A stretch of 64,000 bases of DNA from Terriglobia bacterium (GTDB lineage Bacteria > Acidobacteriota > Terriglobia > Acidiferrales > UBA7541). The position numbers and the translations under genes were made by a program. Positions 1 to 11,317 of the stretch are shown piece by piece (positions within the stretch are counted from its first letter, which is position 1; every line of letters starts with the position of its first letter). Below the pieces are notes generated by a model. The model was not told where the DNA came from. It searched no databases and was given only the letters and a program-made list of their open reading frames with translations. The stretch covers positions 1,952,001 through 2,016,000 of the forward strand of contig OY968796.1 of assembly GCA_963695545.1 (NCBI GenBank). The letters are read 5' to 3'.

Positions 1-730
1 CCGCGCCTTGCGTGATCACGACGGGCAGCGTGAATTCGTCGGTGGTGCCCTGCTCGTAGCTGCGCAGAATGGCCGCAATCGGATCGGGCGAACGCAGCTC
101 CGATTCGCCGTGGGCCACGGCGCGATAGGCGCGCTCGACGCGCTCCCAGCGATTGTCGCGATCCATCGCATAATAACGGCCGGAGAGGCTGGCGATTCTG
201 CCCAAGCCGTACTCGCGCAGCTTCTGCTGAATCTGGCGCAGATAATCGACGCCGCTATTTGGCGCGGTGTCGCGCCCATCCATGAAGCAATGAATGAAAA
301 CGCGCTCGACTTTGTTTTCGCGCGCCATGCGCAGCAGCGCATAGAGATGATTCAAGTGCGAATGCACGCCGCCGTCGGAGACAAGACCCATGAGGTGCAA
401 TTGCCGCTCGCGCCCGCGCGCCATGGCGCGCAACAGCAGATCATTCTGGTAGAAAGCGCCGGAAGCGATCATTTGATCGATGCGCGTGATGTCCATGTGC
501 ACGATGCGCCCGGCGCCGATGTTCAGGTGACCGACTTCGCTATTTCCCATTTGGCCCTCGGGCAGGCCGACGGCGGGGCCCGAAGTTTGGATCAAGGTGT
601 TGGGATATTGTTTCAGCAGGGAATCGTAAGTGGGCTTGCGCGCGAGAGCGATCGCGTTGCCTTTGATCGCCGGTGAGTAGCCCCAGCCATCGAGCACGGT
701 CAACACAATCGGTTTCGGCCGCTTCGCCAT
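1..730 (-). CDS. gpmI: 2,3-bisphosphoglycerate-independent phosphoglycerate mutase (3' part runs off window start)
   Basis: Manual translation from the ATG at 730 gives [17 protein letters not shown]...[21 protein letters not shown], the iPGM catalytic-Ser motif. Absent from the ORF track because there is no stop in the window. Confidence 0.95.
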   Translation of the reverse strand, partial: MAKRPKPIVLTVLDGWGYSPAIKGNAIALARKPTYDSLLKQYPNTLIQTSGPAVGLPEGQMGNSEVGHLNIGAGRIVHMDITRIDQMIASGAFYQNDLLLRAMARGRERQLHLMGLVSDGGVHSHLNHLYALLRMARENKVERVFIHCFMDGRDTAPNSGVDYLRQIQQKLREYGLGRIASLSGRYYAMDRDNRWERVERAYRAVAHGESELRSPDPIAAILRSYEQGTTDEFTLPVVITQGA

Positions 731-880
731 AGGATTCCAGAATACACAAACCCACCGCCAAAATGAAATTGTACCGGTGCGGTGGCCTGACGCAGAATCC
801 GAGAGTTTGGCGGTAACGCGATGACTGTGCGGGACTTCTTTCTGTTCCGGCGCGTGAGCGGACGGACTGGGATTGAGGTG

Positions 881-1210
881 GGGGATACCCACCCCCGGTA
901 TGTTTTGCGTAAGAGCGGCAGACAAAGGACTTGCAGGAAAAGAGTAACAAAGAGTGCGGAACAGATTGAGAACAATGGATTTGCGGGTGTTTATTTTCAA
1001 TGAAGTGCGCACTCTTTTGAGCGTGTGCGCATTAGTTTGAAAATAAAAGGGATATTGGGACCCGAGAAAACGGATGTGGAGGGATGCGGGGGCGGCGGCG
1101 AGGCGGGGAAAAGTCGAGGAGGGCAACAATTCGAATGCAGCGCGAGTGAACATTCAGAAGCATAGCATGAATTGAAACATGTGTCAACTACTGATTGAGT
1201 ATTCGAAATA
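881..1210 (-). repeat. Divergent copy (C) of the dispersed promoter + palindrome-array intergenic element
   Basis: Starts GGGGATACCCACCCCCGGTATGTTTTGCGTAAGAG...AAAGGACTT, like the copies at 10.5 kb and 46.3 kb. Minus-strand TTGACA(1187-1182)-N17-TATGCT(1164-1159); TATTCGAA at 1200-1207. Confidence 0.55.
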
Positions 1211-1219
1211 ACATGCGCG

Positions 1220-1681
1220 TTACGCGTCGACGATCTTGTGCGCGAGGCGGCCGAACATCGGATATGCCGACCATTTGCCGTGGTAGGCCTTGATGGAATA
1301 CACGATCGCCAGGATAAGGTTGCCGAACCAGCCGATCATGAAGACCAGCCAGAGCGCGCCAAATCCCAGGAAGAATGCCAGAGGAGGAGCGTTGTTCGAC
1401 GCGGCGTTCGGATGCTGATGAATGAGTGTGGCGAACATCGTGGCGAACATGACCATCATCCCGAGCATGATAATCACGAGATATGCGGCCTGCCAGAGAA
1501 GCGCCTGCATGGCGTGAAACGCGACGAAACGCGAATTGCGTTTGACGAGATAAATTACCAGCGGCGGTACGAAGCCCGCGAAAAACTGGAGCAAATGGGC
1601 CAGCATGGCGAAGTTGCGTTCGTCTTGTGTGGGTTCGGCGCCGGCGGACTGCACGCTTGAATGATCCGGTGTCTGGCTCAT
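1220..1681 (-). CDS. DUF4870-family (Tic20-like) membrane protein
   Basis: ERNFAMLAHL, PLVIYLVK, FVAFHAMQAL, KAYHGKWSAYP; three hydrophobic segments. Confidence 0.8.
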   Translation of the reverse strand: MSQTPDHSSVQSAGAEPTQDERNFAMLAHLLQFFAGFVPPLVIYLVKRNSRFVAFHAMQALLWQAAYLVIIMLGMMVMFATMFATLIHQHPNAASNNAPPLAFFLGFGALWLVFMIGWFGNLILAIVYSIKAYHGKWSAYPMFGRLAHKIVDA

Positions 1682-1769
1682 CGCCGCCTCCGCTTAAATC
1701 GCCACCTCGAGATTCGGGCGGAGTCTATCACGCCGACCGCGCGGCGGCCGCGTGCGCGGGATCGCGTGA

Positions 1770-3077
<1,308 letters not shown>

Positions 3078-3208
3078 TCACCCCTTCCGCGAACTGAATA
3101 AATTGTTCAGGAATGCAGCAGAAAGTTTAGCGTCTCTCGCCGTCCGGGGAAAGCGCGATTACGGAAAGATTCGGGCCGCGAATAATTTGAGGCGGAAATC
3201 GCCGAAGG

Positions 3209-4441
3209 CTACTCGGGTTCCTCGAGCATGGATTCATCGCGGATCACCACGACCACGCCGCTTTCGGTGACGTGATATTTCTTGCGGTCTTCTTCGGCGT
3301 CGTAGCCGATCACGGTGCGCTCGGGGAGATTCACGTGGCGATCCACGATGGCGTTGCGGATTTTCGAGTGCCGTCCGATATTCACGTGATTGAAGACGAT
3401 CGAGTTTTCAACTTCGCTGTAACTATTGATGCGCACGTCGTACCCAAGCACCGATCCCTTCACGCGCCCGCCGGAAATGATGCTGCCCGGGGCAACGATC
3501 GAGTCCAGAGCCACGCCCATGCGCTCCGGATCGGCGAACACGAATTTCACGGGCGGATATTGCTGCTGCCAGGTGCGCAGCGGCCAGCTTTTGTCGTACA
3601 AATTGAACACCGGCGAGACGCTGATCAAATCCATGTTCGCCGCGTAATAGGCGTCGAGCGTGCCAACGTCGCGCCAGTAATGCTCGTGCGGCTTGTTCTC
3701 GTCCTCGAAATTGTAGGCGTACACGCGATACTTCGAGAGGATGCGCGGCAGAATATCCTTGCCGAAATCGTGCGTGGAGCCGGGCTGTTCGGCGTCGGCG
3801 ATCAGCGTGGGCAGCAGGAATTGCGTGTTGAAAATGTAGATGCCCATCGACGCGTTCACTTTCGCGGGATTGTGCCGCGAACGCTTGGGCTGCGCGGGCT
3901 TTTCCTGGAAGCCGACCACGCGCCAGTGCGCGTCGGTCTCGATCACGCCGAAGCGGCCGGCCGCTTCTTCCGGATCGATTTCAAACGTGCCCACCGTGCA
4001 ATCGGCGCCGGCGTCGACGTGCTGCTGAAGCATTTTTCCGTAGTTCATTTTGTAAATGTGATCGCCGGAAAGCACGATGATGTAAGTGGAGCGATCGCTG
4101 CCGATGGAATAAATATTCTGATAGATCGCGTCAGCCGTTCCCAAATACCAATTCGCGGAGACGCGCATCTGCGGCGTGAGGATCTCGATGAAATCGCCGA
4201 GGCCCACGATGCCGGTCCATCCGCGGCGGATATGGCGATTCAGACTGAGCGCTTTATATTGGGTGAGAACGTAAACGCGGCGCAGATCGCTGTTGATGCA
4301 GTTGGAAAGCGTGATGTCGACGATGCGATAAATTCCGCCGAAGGGCACGGCGGGCTTGGCGCGGTCGCGCGTCAATGGCCATAGCCGCTCGCCCTGGCCG
4401 CCGGCCAGGATGATCCCAATGGCGTCACGCATCAGCGACAT
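3209..4441 (-). CDS. glgC: Glucose-1-phosphate adenylyltransferase
   Basis: ILAGGQGERLWPLTRDRAKPAVPFGG, GTADAI, DFGKDI, YWRDVGT. Confidence 0.97.
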   Translation of the reverse strand: MSLMRDAIGIILAGGQGERLWPLTRDRAKPAVPFGGIYRIVDITLSNCINSDLRRVYVLTQYKALSLNRHIRRGWTGIVGLGDFIEILTPQMRVSANWYLGTADAIYQNIYSIGSDRSTYIIVLSGDHIYKMNYGKMLQQHVDAGADCTVGTFEIDPEEAAGRFGVIETDAHWRVVGFQEKPAQPKRSRHNPAKVNASMGIYIFNTQFLLPTLIADAEQPGSTHDFGKDILPRILSKYRVYAYNFEDENKPHEHYWRDVGTLDAYYAANMDLISVSPVFNLYDKSWPLRTWQQQYPPVKFVFADPERMGVALDSIVAPGSIISGGRVKGSVLGYDVRINSYSEVENSIVFNHVNIGRHSKIRNAIVDRHVNLPERTVIGYDAEEDRKKYHVTESGVVVVIRDESMLEEPE

Positions 4442-4601
4442 GGCCGTACCTCAGCGCCGCGCGCCCGCGGCGTAGGATCCCAAGCAGCACACATTCTAGT
4501 TCGGTCGTCGGCGCTTTGCGAGCGCCTTTCCGCGCGAACTTCCCACGCCGCCGGGCCGATTCATGCTATGAATTCATCGCCATGCGAACGGGGCTGCAAT
4601 T

Positions 4602-6224
4602 TTGAATCGGCGAGAATTCATCGCAAGAGGCGGTCTGCTTGCGAGCGCGGCGCTGCCGATGCTGTCGCGGGCTTCGCGCGCGCGAGAGAAATTTGCGGCC
4701 GCGGCCGCGGCCGATTCATCGCTGGCGCCAGCGGAATCGCGAATCTCATTCGAGACAACCGATTCGCTGCTGGCGAATGCTTATCGCCACGCGCTCAGTG
4801 TTCTGGCCGCGAATGTGATGGTGCTGCCGTACTACTCTCGCCCCGTGCTGATCGAAGGCGGCGTGTATCAGCGGCTTTCCGGCGAAGGCGGTCCGCACGA
4901 AGGCCTGATTTACAGCTCGATTCGCGCTGACGTGGCGCGCAACAATCAAATGGCTTTTTTCGCGCTGCAGCGCGAAGACGGACTCATCCCGCACGCCATG
5001 AAATCCGATGAGATCGGCTGGCGGCATCTTCAACTCGCCGTGCCGCTGGTGGCCACGGCCTGGGAGCTTTCGCGGCAAACCGGCGATAGCGAACTTTTGG
5101 AGACGGCTTACAACGGTTGGAGCCGCTTCGATGCCTGGCTGCGTCGCTATCGAGACACGCTGCACACCGGACTGTGCGAAGGTTTCTGCACGTTCGACAC
5201 GGGGCAGGACAACAGTCCGCGCTGGGCAGGAATTCCAAATAGTTGCCCGGATGACGACGCGCGCAAGTGCCCGCCGCTCGCGTCGCTGCCGCGGCTGTGT
5301 CCCGATATGTCGGCCACGGTTTACGGCGGGCGCGTGGCGCTTGCGGCGATGGCTCGCGCGCTAGGCAAGTCCGGCGAGGCCGATCGCTGGCTTGCGGATG
5401 CCGACGCCATCCGCGCCGCTATCTTGAATCGACTCTACTCGGCTGACGACGCGGCTTTTTACGATGTCGACGCACAAAATCAATTCGTGCGCGTTCGTGG
5501 CGAGGTGATCCCGCGCGTTCTAGGCGAACACGTGGTAGACGCGAAACTCTTCGCCACGATCTACGATCGCCAGATTCACAATCCGGCGGCGTTCTGGGCG
5601 CCTTATCCCTTGCCCTCGATCGCGCTCGACGATCCGAAATTTGTGCGCCCGATTCCCGCCAATTCCTGGGGCGGAGCCTCGCAAGCCCTAACGGCCTTGC
5701 GCGCCACGCGCTGGATGGAGCACTACGGCAAGGCGGCCGATTTCGCTCAACTCATGCAGCAATGGGTCACCGCGATTTGCCGCGCGGGCGATTTCTATCA
5801 GCAGATCGATCCACTCAGCGGCGTCTCCACGCGGGATCCCGGGAAATATTCACCAGCGGCGCTGGTGCTCTTCGATTTCACGTGGCGCCTGGCGGGCGTT
5901 CGCCGCGTGGAAGATAATTTGGAGTGGAATGTTCGTCCGCCCGCGGCCCCGACGAGCGCGAGTTACAAACTGCAAGTAACGCCCACGCGAATCGCCGAGT
6001 TGCGCTACGCCTCAGGCGCGGCAGAACTTTCCATCAATGGGAAGCTTTTGTGCCGCACCAGCAGCACTGTTCGCTTGCTCACTGATCTCGATGGAAATAT
6101 TCACGCCGCGACGGGCATCGCGCCGGAAGTAACGAACGTGGAAATCCGCTGCTTCGCGAGTCACGCTCAAAGATTTTCAGTCGAGCCGAACGCAAGGATC
6201 GAATTGCCGGCGCCGCGGTCCTGA
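4602..6224 (+). CDS. Tat-exported (alpha/alpha)6 glycoside hydrolase (GH63/MGH1-like)
   Basis: TTG start, NRREF twin-arginine signal, DTGQDNSPRW motif. Confidence 0.7.
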   Translation: MNRREFIARGGLLASAALPMLSRASRAREKFAAAAAADSSLAPAESRISFETTDSLLANAYRHALSVLAANVMVLPYYSRPVLIEGGVYQRLSGEGGPHEGLIYSSIRADVARNNQMAFFALQREDGLIPHAMKSDEIGWRHLQLAVPLVATAWELSRQTGDSELLETAYNGWSRFDAWLRRYRDTLHTGLCEGFCTFDTGQDNSPRWAGIPNSCPDDDARKCPPLASLPRLCPDMSATVYGGRVALAAMARALGKSGEADRWLADADAIRAAILNRLYSADDAAFYDVDAQNQFVRVRGEVIPRVLGEHVVDAKLFATIYDRQIHNPAAFWAPYPLPSIALDDPKFVRPIPANSWGGASQALTALRATRWMEHYGKAADFAQLMQQWVTAICRAGDFYQQIDPLSGVSTRDPGKYSPAALVLFDFTWRLAGVRRVEDNLEWNVRPPAAPTSASYKLQVTPTRIAELRYASGAAELSINGKLLCRTSSTVRLLTDLDGNIHAATGIAPEVTNVEIRCFASHAQRFSVEPNARIELPAPRS

Positions 6225-6270
6225 TCCACGCAACGGAACTTCAGCGATTTCGCAACGGACAAGGCGAATG

Positions 6271-8424
6271 CTAATTCGCGCCGGTGTCTCCGGCCAGGCC
6301 GCGATCCTCGAGCATCGGCTGAATGCTCGGCTTCGCGCCCAGCCACTTCTCGTAAATTGTTTCAAGGTCCGCGGTGTTGCCTCGCGAAAGCACCATGCTG
6401 CGGAAACGATCGCCGTTGGCGCGCGTCAAGCCGCCGTTATCCTCGAACCATTTGTAAGCGTTATCGTCCAGCATCTCGCTCCACAGATACGCGTAGTAAC
6501 CCGCATCGTACCCCTCGGCCCAAATGTGCAGAAAATAGCTCGAGCGATAACGCGGCGGCACCGTGGCGATTGCTAGATGCGTGTTCTCCAGTGCCTGTTT
6601 TTCAAACGCGTCTGGATCTTCCAGAGGCGCGCTGGCGGGCAGCGTATGCCACTGCATATCAAGTTCCGCCGCGGCCAGCAATTCCGTCAGCATATATCCC
6701 TGATTGAAAGTTTTCGATTTCTTGATCTTGGCCACCAGTTCCGGTGGCATCGGCGCGCCTGTCTGATAATGCGTCGCATAGTGACTGAATACAGCCGGAT
6801 CGCTCGCCCAGTGCTCGTTAAATTGTGAAGGGAATTCGACGAAGTCGCGCGGCACATTCGTGCCAGCGAGGCTGGGGTATTCCGTGTCGCCGAACATGCC
6901 ATGCAACGCGTGGCCGAACTCGTGGAACATGGTGGTCACGTCGTCGAAGCTGACGAGAGCGGGCTGGCCGGCGACGGGCTTGCTGAAATTAGCGACGTTG
7001 TAGATCACCGGCAGCATCCCCAACAGCTTCGACGGGCTGACGAAGAAATCCATCCACGCGCCGCCGTTTTTGTTGTCGCGCCGGAAATAATCGCAATACC
7101 ACAGCGCCAGCGGCTTGCCGTCCGCGTCGGTAATCTCAAACACGCGCACGTCCGGGTCGTAGACCGGGATGTCGTGCCTTTCTTTGAACGTCAAGCCGTA
7201 TAGTTGATACGCCGCGTAGAACACGCCGTTCTGCAGCACGTTGTTCAACTCGAAGTAGGGTTTCACCTGCGCGTCGTCCAAATCGTATTTCGCCTTGCGC
7301 ACTTGCTCGGAATAAAAATTCCAATCCCACGGCTGCAATTGGAAGCCGCCGCCCTGCGTATCGATCAGCGCTTGAATTTCCTTGGCTTCGCTGGCCGCGT
7401 TGGCCGTGGAGGCCGGCACCAGCGCATCCATGAACTTCAGCACCGCGTCCGGCGTCTTGGCCATTTGATCCTGCAGATCCCACGCCGCGAAGTTCGGAAA
7501 CCCGAGCAGTTGCGCTTTCTGGGCGCGAAGCTGGGCCAGCCTCGCGATCGTCGAGCGCGTGTCGTTCGCGTCGCCGTGCTCCGTGCGATTCCATGAATCT
7601 TCAAAAAGCTTTTGCCGCGTGTCGCGATCGCCCAGAAAAGTCAGATCCGGCTGCTGCGTGGTATTTTGCAGCGAAATCAGATAGCCGGTTTGCTTATGGT
7701 CCGTCGCGGCTTGCGCCGCGGCCGCGATCTGCGCGTCGCTCAATCCCGCCAGAGCGCTCTTGTCGCTGGTCTCAAACGCCGCCGCGCCGGTTGCCGCGAG
7801 CAATTTTTCCATGAACGCGTTCGAGAGCGTCGATTCCTCTTCGTCCAGCTTTTCGAGCTTGGCCTTGTCGGCGTCTGAAAGATTTGCCCCGGCCTTCACG
7901 AATTCCAGGTAGTCGAACTCCACCAGGCGCAGCGACTCAGGATCGAGATTGAGCGAAGCGCGCTCGTCGTAGATCGCTTTTACGCGCGCGAATAATTTTG
8001 CGTTCAGAAAGATCGCATCCTGCAGGGCCGCCAGCTTCGGCGCCTCGATATCCTGCACCTTTTGCAGCGCCGGATCCGTGTTCGCGCCGGTGACGCCGTT
8101 GAACACCAGTTGCACGCGATTCAGCAGTTGCCCGGTCTTCTCGAACGCCACAATGGTGTTCTCGAACGTTGGCGCGGCTGGATCGTCCGCAATCGCCTGC
8201 ACCTCCTTCAGTTGCTGCGTCATGCCCGCTTCCATCGCCGGCTGATAATCCGCGTCCTTGATCTTGTCGAATGGCGGCGCGTGAAATGGCAACGCGCTCG
8301 GCGCGTAAAACGGATTCGACGGACCGAAGGCCTCTTGCGCGTTCGCAATGCACGCCACTCCGGCGCCAAGCGCAATCGCACATGCAATCGAAGCAATTCG
8401 CATACCCAGCATCGTGATCTTCAT
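6271..8424 (-). CDS. dcp: Peptidyl-dipeptidase Dcp (M3 metallopeptidase) with signal peptide
   Basis: FHEFGHALH zinc motif, RDFVEFPSQFNEHW, AGYYAYLW; start uncertain (8424, ORF track 8463). Confidence 0.9.
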   Translation of the reverse strand: MKITMLGMRIASIACAIALGAGVACIANAQEAFGPSNPFYAPSALPFHAPPFDKIKDADYQPAMEAGMTQQLKEVQAIADDPAAPTFENTIVAFEKTGQLLNRVQLVFNGVTGANTDPALQKVQDIEAPKLAALQDAIFLNAKLFARVKAIYDERASLNLDPESLRLVEFDYLEFVKAGANLSDADKAKLEKLDEEESTLSNAFMEKLLAATGAAAFETSDKSALAGLSDAQIAAAAQAATDHKQTGYLISLQNTTQQPDLTFLGDRDTRQKLFEDSWNRTEHGDANDTRSTIARLAQLRAQKAQLLGFPNFAAWDLQDQMAKTPDAVLKFMDALVPASTANAASEAKEIQALIDTQGGGFQLQPWDWNFYSEQVRKAKYDLDDAQVKPYFELNNVLQNGVFYAAYQLYGLTFKERHDIPVYDPDVRVFEITDADGKPLALWYCDYFRRDNKNGGAWMDFFVSPSKLLGMLPVIYNVANFSKPVAGQPALVSFDDVTTMFHEFGHALHGMFGDTEYPSLAGTNVPRDFVEFPSQFNEHWASDPAVFSHYATHYQTGAPMPPELVAKIKKSKTFNQGYMLTELLAAAELDMQWHTLPASAPLEDPDAFEKQALENTHLAIATVPPRYRSSYFLHIWAEGYDAGYYAYLWSEMLDDNAYKWFEDNGGLTRANGDRFRSMVLSRGNTADLETIYEKWLGAKPSIQPMLEDRGLAGDTGAN

Positions 8425-8452
8425 CGTTTTCGTCCTTCCGCGTCGCTCGAGT

Positions 8453-9550
8453 TCAATCTTCAAACGGTTTCCTCGCCGGAGATTCCGCCGGCGCCGCTCG
8501 CAAGTATTGGACGGGCCAGCTCATCGATTGTTTCAATTCGCGTGCCGCCCGCAGCACCCAATATGGATCGCGCAAAAATTCCCGCGCCATGAAAACCAGA
8601 TCGGCGTGATCCTTCGCCAGAATCTCCGCGACCTGCTCTTTCGTCTCAATCAATCCCACCGTGCCGGTCTTCACTCCCGCGTCGCGCCGAATCCGCGCGG
8701 CAAAGGGAACCTGAAATCCCGGTCCTGCGACGACCTCCTGATCCTGCACAAGCCCCGCTGATGAGCAATCGACTAGATCCACGCCCAGCGGCGCAAGTTG
8801 CTTCGCCAGTTCCACGGCTTGATCGAGATCCCATCCGCCTTTCTTCCAATCCGTCGCGGAAATGCGAATGAAGAGCGGCAGGCTCTCCGGTATCACCGCG
8901 CGAATCGCGGCTACCACCTCGTACGCGATACGCGTGCGGTTCTCGAACGAGCCGCCATACTCGTCCTTCCGGAAATTGCTGAGCGGCGAAAAAAATTCGT
9001 GCAGCAGATAGCCGTGCGCGGCGTGAATTTCAATCACGCGAAATCCCGCTTCAAGCGCCCGCTGCGCCGCCTGCGCGAACGCCGCCACGACGCCGCGAAT
9101 CCCTTCGATCGTAAGCGCCTGCGGCATCGGGTAGTCATCCGAGTACGCAACAGCGCTCGGCGCCACCGGCACCCAGCCGCCTTCGCTCACCGGAATCGCG
9201 CCGTAGCCCAACCACGGCGTGCGCGTGCTGCCCTTGCGCCCCGCATGCGCCAGTTGCATTCCCGGCACCGCTCCCTGGCTTTTCAGAAATCGCACGATGC
9301 GCGCCAGAAATTCAATGTGCGCATCCTTCCAGATTCCCAAATCCTCCGGACTGATCCGCCCCTCCGGCGTCACCGCGGTCGCTTCGGTAAATACCAGGCC
9401 CGCCCCTCCCACCGCCCGGCTCCCCAAATGCACCAGGTGCCATTCGTTGGCAAACCCGTCGATGCTCGAGTATTCGCACATCGGCGACACAACCACGCGG
9501 TTCGCCAAAGTGATCCCGCGAATCGTAACTGGCTCGAATATTTGCGCCAT
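8453..9550 (-). CDS. NADH:flavin oxidoreductase, Old Yellow Enzyme family (YqjM/NamA-like)
   Basis: NRVVVSPMCEYS, QLAHAGRK, EIHAAHGYLLHEF; ATG at 9550 after a purine-rich RBS. Confidence 0.92.
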   Translation of the reverse strand: MAQIFEPVTIRGITLANRVVVSPMCEYSSIDGFANEWHLVHLGSRAVGGAGLVFTEATAVTPEGRISPEDLGIWKDAHIEFLARIVRFLKSQGAVPGMQLAHAGRKGSTRTPWLGYGAIPVSEGGWVPVAPSAVAYSDDYPMPQALTIEGIRGVVAAFAQAAQRALEAGFRVIEIHAAHGYLLHEFFSPLSNFRKDEYGGSFENRTRIAYEVVAAIRAVIPESLPLFIRISATDWKKGGWDLDQAVELAKQLAPLGVDLVDCSSAGLVQDQEVVAGPGFQVPFAARIRRDAGVKTGTVGLIETKEQVAEILAKDHADLVFMAREFLRDPYWVLRAARELKQSMSWPVQYLRAAPAESPARKPFED

Positions 9551-9625
9551 GTTTTCCCTTTTCAGATTTGCGCGATTAGGCGCCGGCTGCGGCATTACGA
9601 GGACCTTCAGCCTCGCCGAAACATC

Positions 9626-10261
9626 TCACTTCGGTGGAGTCGCCTCGTCGATCTCACGCACAATCTCTTTCGCGCGCGATGCGTCGCTCGGAATAACGAA
9701 GATTCTTCGCAAGCCGCCATCCGCGCCGTCCGTGCGAGCACGAATATTGTTCTCGCGCAAAGACGACTCAACCATCGAGGCCTGATTTTCGCTCTTCCCG
9801 GACCAGATTTCCGCCGTGGCGTCTTCAGGAAACCAATCCTTCGAGTCCCACTCGTCGTCGGATTCCGCGGGAGCCGGCTCATCATCCTCGGCCGGCAATT
9901 CCATCACCGACGAATCCACGTTTTCGTCGAAAGGATCCAAGCGATCTTTGTAAATGATTTCCCTGGCTCGATCGTAGGAAACCGCCGGCACGCCGATCTC
10001 AAAGTATTGACCCAGTCCGGTTAGAAATTCCCGTCCTCGCTCATTCACTCGAAAGGGAATCCCAGCGTCCTTGAGCTGCGCACAAACCGCGGCGAACTCT
10101 TCTTGATCTTGGCCGCCCCAAACGCCACGGAGGTCCGCATCGGATAAAGATCCAGCGGATTCGGCGCCGGGTGCCGGCAAGCTGTCCACTAAATCCACGC
10201 CGCAATCCGAGCAGTGCGTGACACCGTCCACATACTCGGCTTTGCATTGCGGACAAATCAT
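9626..10261 (-). CDS. Zinc-ribbon plus two DUF2007-like domain protein
   Basis: N-terminal CPQC...CSDC, two L..(A/N)GI/NI...V....A.EI repeats. Confidence 0.65.
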   Translation of the reverse strand: MICPQCKAEYVDGVTHCSDCGVDLVDSLPAPGAESAGSLSDADLRGVWGGQDQEEFAAVCAQLKDAGIPFRVNERGREFLTGLGQYFEIGVPAVSYDRAREIIYKDRLDPFDENVDSSVMELPAEDDEPAPAESDDEWDSKDWFPEDATAEIWSGKSENQASMVESSLRENNIRARTDGADGGLRRIFVIPSDASRAKEIVREIDEATPPK

Positions 10262-10371
10262 CAGGCGTTCGACGTTATCATTCCGCGGTAATCACGGCAA
10301 TCCTTTCCGAATCCTCCGCGGGCGACAAGTCTCTAGTGTCCGCCCTCGGTATCGAACCAATTTCCACAGGC

Positions 10372-10637
10372 TATTCGAATAACCGAAGCATTATCATTGA
10401 CATACACGGAAAAAGAGTGCTAAGATCTTGCGTGAGCTGCAAACGCATTCCCGCGCCCGACAAGTCGCTTGATGCCAACGCCGCCGTCGGTCCTTTTCTC
10501 GCCCATAACCCGTGTGGAATGAGCAGTTCTGAAAAATCGCATTTTAACCCCTTTAGAACGAGCACTTCTGGCGCAAAGGACTTAAAGTCCTTTAGAATGA
10601 GCAGTTCCAAAAAACACCCGGGGGTAGGGGGGTACCC
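10372..10637 (+). repeat. Copy A of the dispersed promoter + 39-bp-period palindrome-array element
   Basis: TATTCGAATA 10372-10381; TTGACA 10397-10402, N18, TGc-TAAGAT 10421-10426; GAAtGAGCAgTTC units at 10517, 10556 and 10595; ends AAAAAACACCCGGGGGTAGGGGGGTAC. 10494-10637 aligns to the reverse complement of 46277-46419. Confidence 0.85.
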
Positions 10638-10973
10638 GTGCCTCCATTCATCGATTTCTTCGATCGTTGGCGAGCCCGCGGATTTCGCAACCCCGCCGAA
10701 ATACCTCCCGCCTTTATCCGAATGTCTCTGCCCTGGGCGTGCGCTCGCCGCGGCCCGTGGCACGGGGTCGCGGGCTCGCAAGGGGCCGACTTTCACAGTC
10801 CACCCGCTGCGCAAAACATTGCTTGACTTGCAGGGGCACGCTTCTATAGAAGGAGGTACCATTAGGTCCTAATTCATAGCCATTTCTCATTTAAGACGTG
10901 CTTCGGGAAAAGTGCGGCACGTCCGTGCAAAATACGAGATCGACTTTAGAGCCGAAAGGGCGGTGATATTCGA

Positions 10974-11171
10974 GTGGCTGAAGTAAGCATTCAAGAAGGC
11001 GAATCCCTGGAGAACGCGCTGCGCCGTTTCAAACGCCGCGTGCAACAGGAAGACGTCATCAAGGAAATCAAGAAGCACAGTTACTACATGAAGCCCGGTG
11101 AAAAGCGCCGGGCCAAGCAGGCGCTGTCGCGCAAGCGGCTTCGCAAAAAGCAGCGCCGCGAACAGGATTAA
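10974..11171 (+). CDS. rpsU: 30S ribosomal protein S21
   Basis: ESLENALRRFKR...YYMKPGEKRR; GTG start. Confidence 0.97.
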   Translation: MAEVSIQEGESLENALRRFKRRVQQEDVIKEIKKHSYYMKPGEKRRAKQALSRKRLRKKQRREQD

Positions 11172-11198
11172 GGCGGCCGAACCCTTGGGTTGTTCAGG

Positions 11199-11306
11199 GC
11201 AGCTCCCCATCTCTCGGCGAACGGGACCCGCAGGTCACCCCGGCGAATCCCAGCATTCTCGTGTTGGGGGTGGGGAAGCTGCGGGTTCTCCAAGTCTTGA
11301 GAGCCC
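11199..11306 (+). ncRNA. Candidate structured RNA leader (three-way junction plus hairpin abutting the RBS)
   Basis: GCAGCT-CCCCATC (11199-11211) pairs with GGTGGGG-A-AGCTGC (11269-11282); inner hairpins GACC/GGTC and CCCAGCA/TGTTGGG; then GGGTTCTC/GAGAGCCC directly before GGGAG. Confidence 0.45.
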
Positions 11307-11317
11307 GGGAGCAACGC

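Noticed and set aside
8..676. Plus-strand 222-aa ORF and the many other long antisense or alternative-frame ORFs in the track
   Set aside because: Shadow frames of real GC-rich genes (here gpmI on the minus strand).
10494..10637. 39-bp periodic repeats as a CRISPR array
   Set aside because: Only three degenerate units, 17-bp linkers that are conserved between the 10.5-kb and 46.3-kb copies, and no cas genes in the window.
10336..10872. ORFs 10336-10872 and 10371-10862, and similar ORFs at 46111-46705
   Set aside because: Their mutual peptide similarity simply reflects the shared non-coding repeat read in both directions. No RBS or domain signal.
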